Of a DNA stretch of 64,000 bases, positions 58,149 through 64,000 are shown in pieces. The notes beneath the pieces were generated by a model. That model saw only the letters and a program-made list of their open reading frames with translations. It had not been told where the DNA came from and made no database searches. The translations under genes and the position numbers were made by a program. The stretch lies in assembly GCA_012295275.1 (NCBI GenBank), contig CM022669.1:8928001-8992000 (forward strand), written 5' to 3'. Source of the stretch: Chrysomallon squamiferum (lineage: Eukaryota > Animalia > Mollusca). Each line of letters opens with the position of its first letter. The first letter of the stretch is position 1.

Positions 58149-58722
58149 GATGTTTTCGATGTCAACGTTGTCGTCGCTGCTGTTGTTGTTGTTGGGTTTT
58201 GTTTTTTTCAAATATCTTCTTTTTTTTTTTTCTTTTTTTTTTTTTAAACTTATATTAGCTGTGATATCTTTTAAAATGTCGAGGAAAGTTCACAAAGTCT
58301 GCTGCTCCTTTAGATTCTGGCTTGGTACCCTTCAAACTTCGCCACGCAGTAACTTGAACGTCTGCCTCTCACAGGCGCCAGGCACAAAGAACACCTGGAT
58401 GAAAATTTCGTCGAGTTTGCTTAATTTATTATTCGAATTAATTAGCCATATCAGGAAGAGGTGACAGGTGGACGGAAAACAAACAGAGGATCAGTAATAC
58501 CTGACAGGTGGGCTGTGTGAAAAAAAGGTAACATTTATAAATACCTAAAGTGTAACTTGTGTTGATAAATATACGTTGCTGTATTGTGAATAAACTGACA
58601 GATGCTGTTATTAAAAACGCGACATTTATCTCTTCGTGAAACAAACATAAATATTTACTTTTTAAAGTACATTTTGAGCTGATCAGCAGTAAATCTATTT
58701 TGTACTTTATTTATCTTATATA

Positions 58723-59335
58723 CAGGGTGTCCCAAAAGTAACCGAACCGAAAAGTTAAAGAAAATTAGATATTAAAAATAACAAATTTAATCTGTATATT
58801 TAGTATTTACAAATGTTCAAAATGTCTACCTTGAACTTCAATACAATCACGACACCTTTTGACAACACTGCGACATGCTTTTTGCCAAGTTTCCACTGAC
58901 ATTTGGTTCCATTCGTGCTGAATAATTTGTTTCAGTTGATCAATGGGTCCTAGGTTTATTAGCATAAACTGCATTTTTTTAGAACTCCCCATAGAAAGAA
59001 ATCAGGTGGTGTCAGATCCGGGGATCTTGCAAGTAATTCTTAATAACGAAAATACGTTCGTTTAAATCTAAAGTTCTTCGTTGCATTTTTAAGAGTGAGG
59101 ATACCATTTCAAGTCAAACCATGGAGAGTCCAGTAGCGCGCGCTAAAACAGAAGTCTCGATCACGAAGAACACTACAATCAGGTAACAAAAACCATTCCA
59201 AAGACTACTACTGACAGAAGTAAATGAATAGTACAAAAGATAACATAAAATGACATAAAAGATGGAATTAAATTTGTTGTTTTTAATATCTAATTTTATT
59301 TAAGTTTGCGGTTCGGTTACTTTTGGGACACCCTG
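58723..59335 (-). mobile_element. Internally deleted, non-autonomous Tc1/mariner-superfamily DNA transposon
   Basis: 27-bp perfect TIR cagggtgtcccaaaagtaaccgaaccg, extending imperfectly to about 70 bp; TA on both sides (58721-58722, 59336-59337); transposase relics MQRRTLDLNERIFVIKNY, ARSPDLTPPDFFLWGVLK and ...KRCRDCIEVQGRHFEHL*. Confidence 0.93.
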
Positions 59336-59633
59336 TATAGTTAAAGTGCTGCTGAGATAGAGCAAACAAACTGTGTAAATAAACTGACAGACTGTCCAGT
59401 GATTATCATCATCATCATCATCATCATCATCATTATCATCGTTATTATTACTGTTATTATTATTGTTGTTGTTGTTATCATTTTTATTTTGAAGAGAAGA
59501 TATAGCTGCGACAGTAATGGCTACTAGCTTAAACACATTTTGCATATTTCAAACTAATATTATAGTTTATTATTATTATTATTATTATATTAATATTGTT
59601 ATTATCATTATTATTATATTAATATTGTTATTA

Positions 59634-59664
<31 letters not shown>

Positions 59665-60303
59665 AATATTGTTATTATCATTATTATTATTAGTAGTAGT
59701 AGTAGTAGTAGTAGTATTATTATTAGTAGCTACGTTTTACAGAAAATATCAAAACATTTTCTACATATCTAATGGAACGTTTTATATATTTATTGCTTCC
59801 GTGGTCCTCAATGAAATCACTAACATGAATTTTATACATAACTAATTTCGAGTTTTACTTCGGAGGAATAAACTTTAAAAAAAAAAAAATAATAATAATA
59901 ATAATAAAAAAAAAAAATAATAATTTGCTAATAGCAAAAAATGATTGAAACAAATTTTTTTTTTTTTTTTTTTTTTTAAATTATTTTTATATATGTTACA
60001 ACATTGCTAATGCCATTCTTTATATATGTATATTTATAATCTTTAATTATGTAGTGTATATACTGAGCTATTGTAACTTGTTCATGTGTTGTGGTATCTG
60101 GCTACACCGCCTATTCCCGACCACCCACACATCAGAAGGTCGTTAGTGAATACATACATAATTAATTGTTTACAACAGCTGTTTTTATCTCACTGAAAAT
60201 TCATCACATTCCCACTGATGAATAAACTGTTAGGTAAGTCTGTTAATAGACTTGTTTACTTAGCAGGTACTTACGTAGGTATGAAGCTTTTATCACCTTT
60301 GTC

Positions 60304-60395
<92 letters not shown>

Positions 60396-60689
60396 CTGCT
60401 TGCCTGCCTATTACTTTCGTTGCAATAATAATAATAATAATAATGACAACAATAATAATAATAATAATAATAATGACAATAATAATAATTAAAAAAATAT
60501 TCGTGTCAGTGGGCTTATATTCGCTCTTGTTATAAGACAGAAAGCGCTGTTTTTTTTTTCTCATTCCAACCACTGACTTACGACTTTAGATCTGTGACAA
60601 AGTAGATATCAGCGAGTTTTCTACCTCAGAAGTACTTCACATGTACAAACATGTAAAAAACAAGCAACAAAACCCAAACACCTCAACCC

Positions 60690-61210
60690 TCCAACAACAA
60701 ATATTACTACTGTCATCTCTGCAATAACAGAAACAGCTACTATTACAACGACGTCGACTACTAGTCTTACAAAAGCTACCATTACAGAATGAATAACTAC
60801 TACAAATACCACTACTAATATTACAACTACCATCACAACTGCATCAATAACCGTCATTATTACAACATCAACAACTACTACTACTACTATTGCAACTGGT
60901 ACCATAACAACAGCTATAACAACAACTCCGTTATTATTAATGCTACAACAACTACTACTACAGCTACTATATAAACAATAACAACAACAACAGCAACAAC
61001 AATATTAGCAAGAACAAAATACTACTGCGACGACAGACTTTAATAGTAAAACTTTGCATCTCTACTGGTGTAACTACTGCACTTATTTCAGATTTACCAC
61101 TTGTGTCGTTAACAACAATAACAATAATAATAACAATAACAATAACAATAATAATAATAATAACAATAATAATAATAATAATAATAATGACATTAATAAT
61201 AATAGTAGTA
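60690..61210. repeat. Cryptic (ACT/ACA/AAT)n trinucleotide low-complexity tract
   Basis: directly visible. Confidence 0.8.
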
Positions 61211-62971
61211 ATTTGTGAGCATACTCTGTTTCTAAGTTTATGTGCTTAACTGTTTGTGTGTATGCGTAATTAAGTAATGTTGTGCGTACAGAAAAAAATG
61301 ATACAGGTAAGTACATACAGAGATAAATTGTTTGGCAGTTATATGTTAATGAAACAAAGACCGAAATCCATATTTTAATTTTTATTATTTTTTAAATTTC
61401 TCCTCCTCAAGGTTCACAGTTAAAAAGCATCCACAAAGCTGGAAAATTGAAACTATGAAAACGTTCATAGGATAAACCAGTTACTAAATATCTTCTGCTT
61501 TTGTGACGTAAATGTGTAACTAGAACAAACGTAGCCATGCTGCGGACGTTGTCATAGAGATAATATTTTATTCCTACGTTCTGTTCAAATTTATAGAAAT
61601 GAAATTAATTATTCATGAAGTTCATAAATATTAATTGTTAATGATTTTGGTTGTGTGACGCCATTTCTTTAAGTAATGCAAATAAATGTGGGTTTTTGTT
61701 TTGTTTGTTTAATTCACGTCTTTATTTTAGCAATATATTAATTTATAGTTTATTTATACTTACGTCCAGTGAAAATCGAAATATAACATACTGAGTTAAT
61801 AAAATGTAAATATATTATTTCTCACGACTCAGTAAAATGTCATAGTCGATAGACATTTTAATGTCTGAAAGAAACCTGACAGAAAATGACGTATCATTTT
61901 AATCACTTTCTCAGATCCGATATATCATTGATCTATTAGAAGAATCAAAAGAAAGACAGGAACACTCACTCAGCCACCCATACATTTTGAGAGATAACTG
62001 TGTGTTATTTATTAGTTTGTTTTATTATCTCCCCTGATTTGAACAAAATTCAAGAATTACTTTTGACGCAGAAATCAGTTTACTACACGAACGACCCCAC
62101 AACACAACAACAACAACAACAATAACAATAAACTGTAGAATAACAGAACAGAGAAAAATGTATTACAGGTATATATTAACAAAATTAAAATGCACCAGCG
62201 TGGAAGTTTATCAAGGACATGCTCTGTCAGAAAAAATTCTCATTAACAGACATAACCTTTTTCATTATAGACATATTTTTGCTATTAAACATGTTATTAT
62301 ATAAGAAATACATTTGGATGTCTCGTGTTCATCTTTTTTTCGCATTTAATAATTACAGGATGATTACGTTCAAATATATAATGATATTTATCTCCAGCTT
62401 TGTCAAGATTATAAACATGACATTTTCTATTTTCTCTTAGAATATTAAACCACTGTTATGTTTCAATAGGAAATTTAATATCAGAGGTTCTAAATTTACA
62501 TAAGATTTTTGGATTCATTTGCGGCTGCACAGTAAGATATTTTCTAATTTCAATTATTTTTATTATTATTATTTTGTTTATAATAAATACCCTTTGCAGT
62601 TGTTTCAGTTTCTATATTTGTAGATAGTAATCATGTAATATTTTGGATAACGTTTCATGTAACTATATAACATTATCAAAGTTGTGATATGTCCATATAT
62701 ATGTTAAACCACAATCGTCTAAAATATTTTTGACAAATTTGTTCCAAGGAGAATCGATAAAATGCAATAAATAATATAGTTGTGAGGAAAAAAATAAATA
62801 AATAAAATAAACAGATAAATGAAATGAAATAAATAAAATAAAGCAAAATCATATTAAATTAAATTAAATAAAATATACTAAAAATACAAATTATAGGATT
62901 AACAAATTCTGTATGATATAAAATCTACACGTAGTCACTTAGTTTACAAACTGAATTTTTAAAATTTATAA

Positions 62972-63014
<43 letters not shown>

Positions 63015-63551
63015 TAATAAATATATTCTTACGTTATTTTCTCACATTCTGTTTTTTTTTATGTTTATGTGTATCATCAGTGTGTATTTTTTTGTGTCTG
63101 TGTTTTCGCTCGATCTTAATACCGGATGTCGTGACAGTTAAATAGAAGCACTAGTAATTAAGTAGAAATTAATGAGATTATCCAGAGATTAGGCAGGGAT
63201 TAACGTAGCCGTGAACAAAGCCTATTCATTTCACACCAGATTCACTCGAGGATGAAAACAAACGACGAGTACGGAAACTCGTTAATCCGCTGTAAGTTTT
63301 CAGTGAAAGAACCAACGAGCGAGATTTGACGAGATTTCATGAAAACGGGGCAATGGCCTCGATGGTGAAAAAAGTCTCGTCGGCGTTAGTCGTTTTGAAG
63401 CGTTAACTGGGAACCCGAACTAAACGTTTTGTTTATAAATAACACTAGATTCTTTGAGTGGGCTGTTTCACGTTTGAAGGTGACGCTTCTCAAAAGGTCG
63501 CCGTAGATGGAGAGATAGTCTGATGAAGGATATGGAAAGATGAAAGAAAGA

Positions 63552-63582
<31 letters not shown>

Positions 63583-64000
63583 CGAGAAGAAAAATCAGTA
63601 TTTTTTTTTTTTTATAAATTTAGAGACGATTTAAAATTTTATTTATTTATTTATTTAAAATTTATTTAAAATTTATTTATTTATAAGTTCACAGTCTCGT
63701 TTCAGCAATGTAATGTTTTTTTTGGGGACTAAATGTAGGAATATTTGTGCGTTTAACACTTTTAATTCACAACCAAATATTTATAATTTTTAAAAACCAA
63801 ACAGTCAAAATACGTACATAATTTACTTAAAATTGTTTATTGTTTGATGTAAAGAAAGTTTTTGTAATCATTTTCAGTGATAATGAGTAATATATACAAA
63901 TATAAATATATGTGTGTGTGTGTGTGTGTGATTTATATAAAAATAATTTTAAAGAGAAAATTATCTGCTAGAAATTTCTGGTTGTCGTGTAACAGATTAT

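Overview
AT-rich, microsatellite-dense animal genomic DNA; the protein sequences and repeat landscape suggest an invertebrate, probably a mollusc (inference). I reconstructed two spliced genes on the minus strand by hand, with GT-AG junctions and consistent phases. (1) The 5' part of groucho/TLE: six exons encoding the Q domain, 17783 to 232, continuing off the left end, with a motif-rich promoter at about 18470-18690. (2) HMG-CoA reductase (HMGCR): 20 coding exons, 49418 to 36381, about 926 aa, with an apparent 1-nt frameshift after codon 4, a probable non-coding first exon at about 52810-52990, and a candidate distal coding exon (57942-58148) that joins in frame as an N-terminal extension. 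A 613-bp internally deleted Tc1/mariner element lies at 58723-59335. The most unusual pattern is that most large intronic minisatellites start at an exon-intron junction and their units are copies of the splice site, usually with the adjacent exon end, giving arrays of about 10-30 decoy donors or acceptors next to the authentic site. Most ORFs in the supplied track are simple-repeat artefacts.
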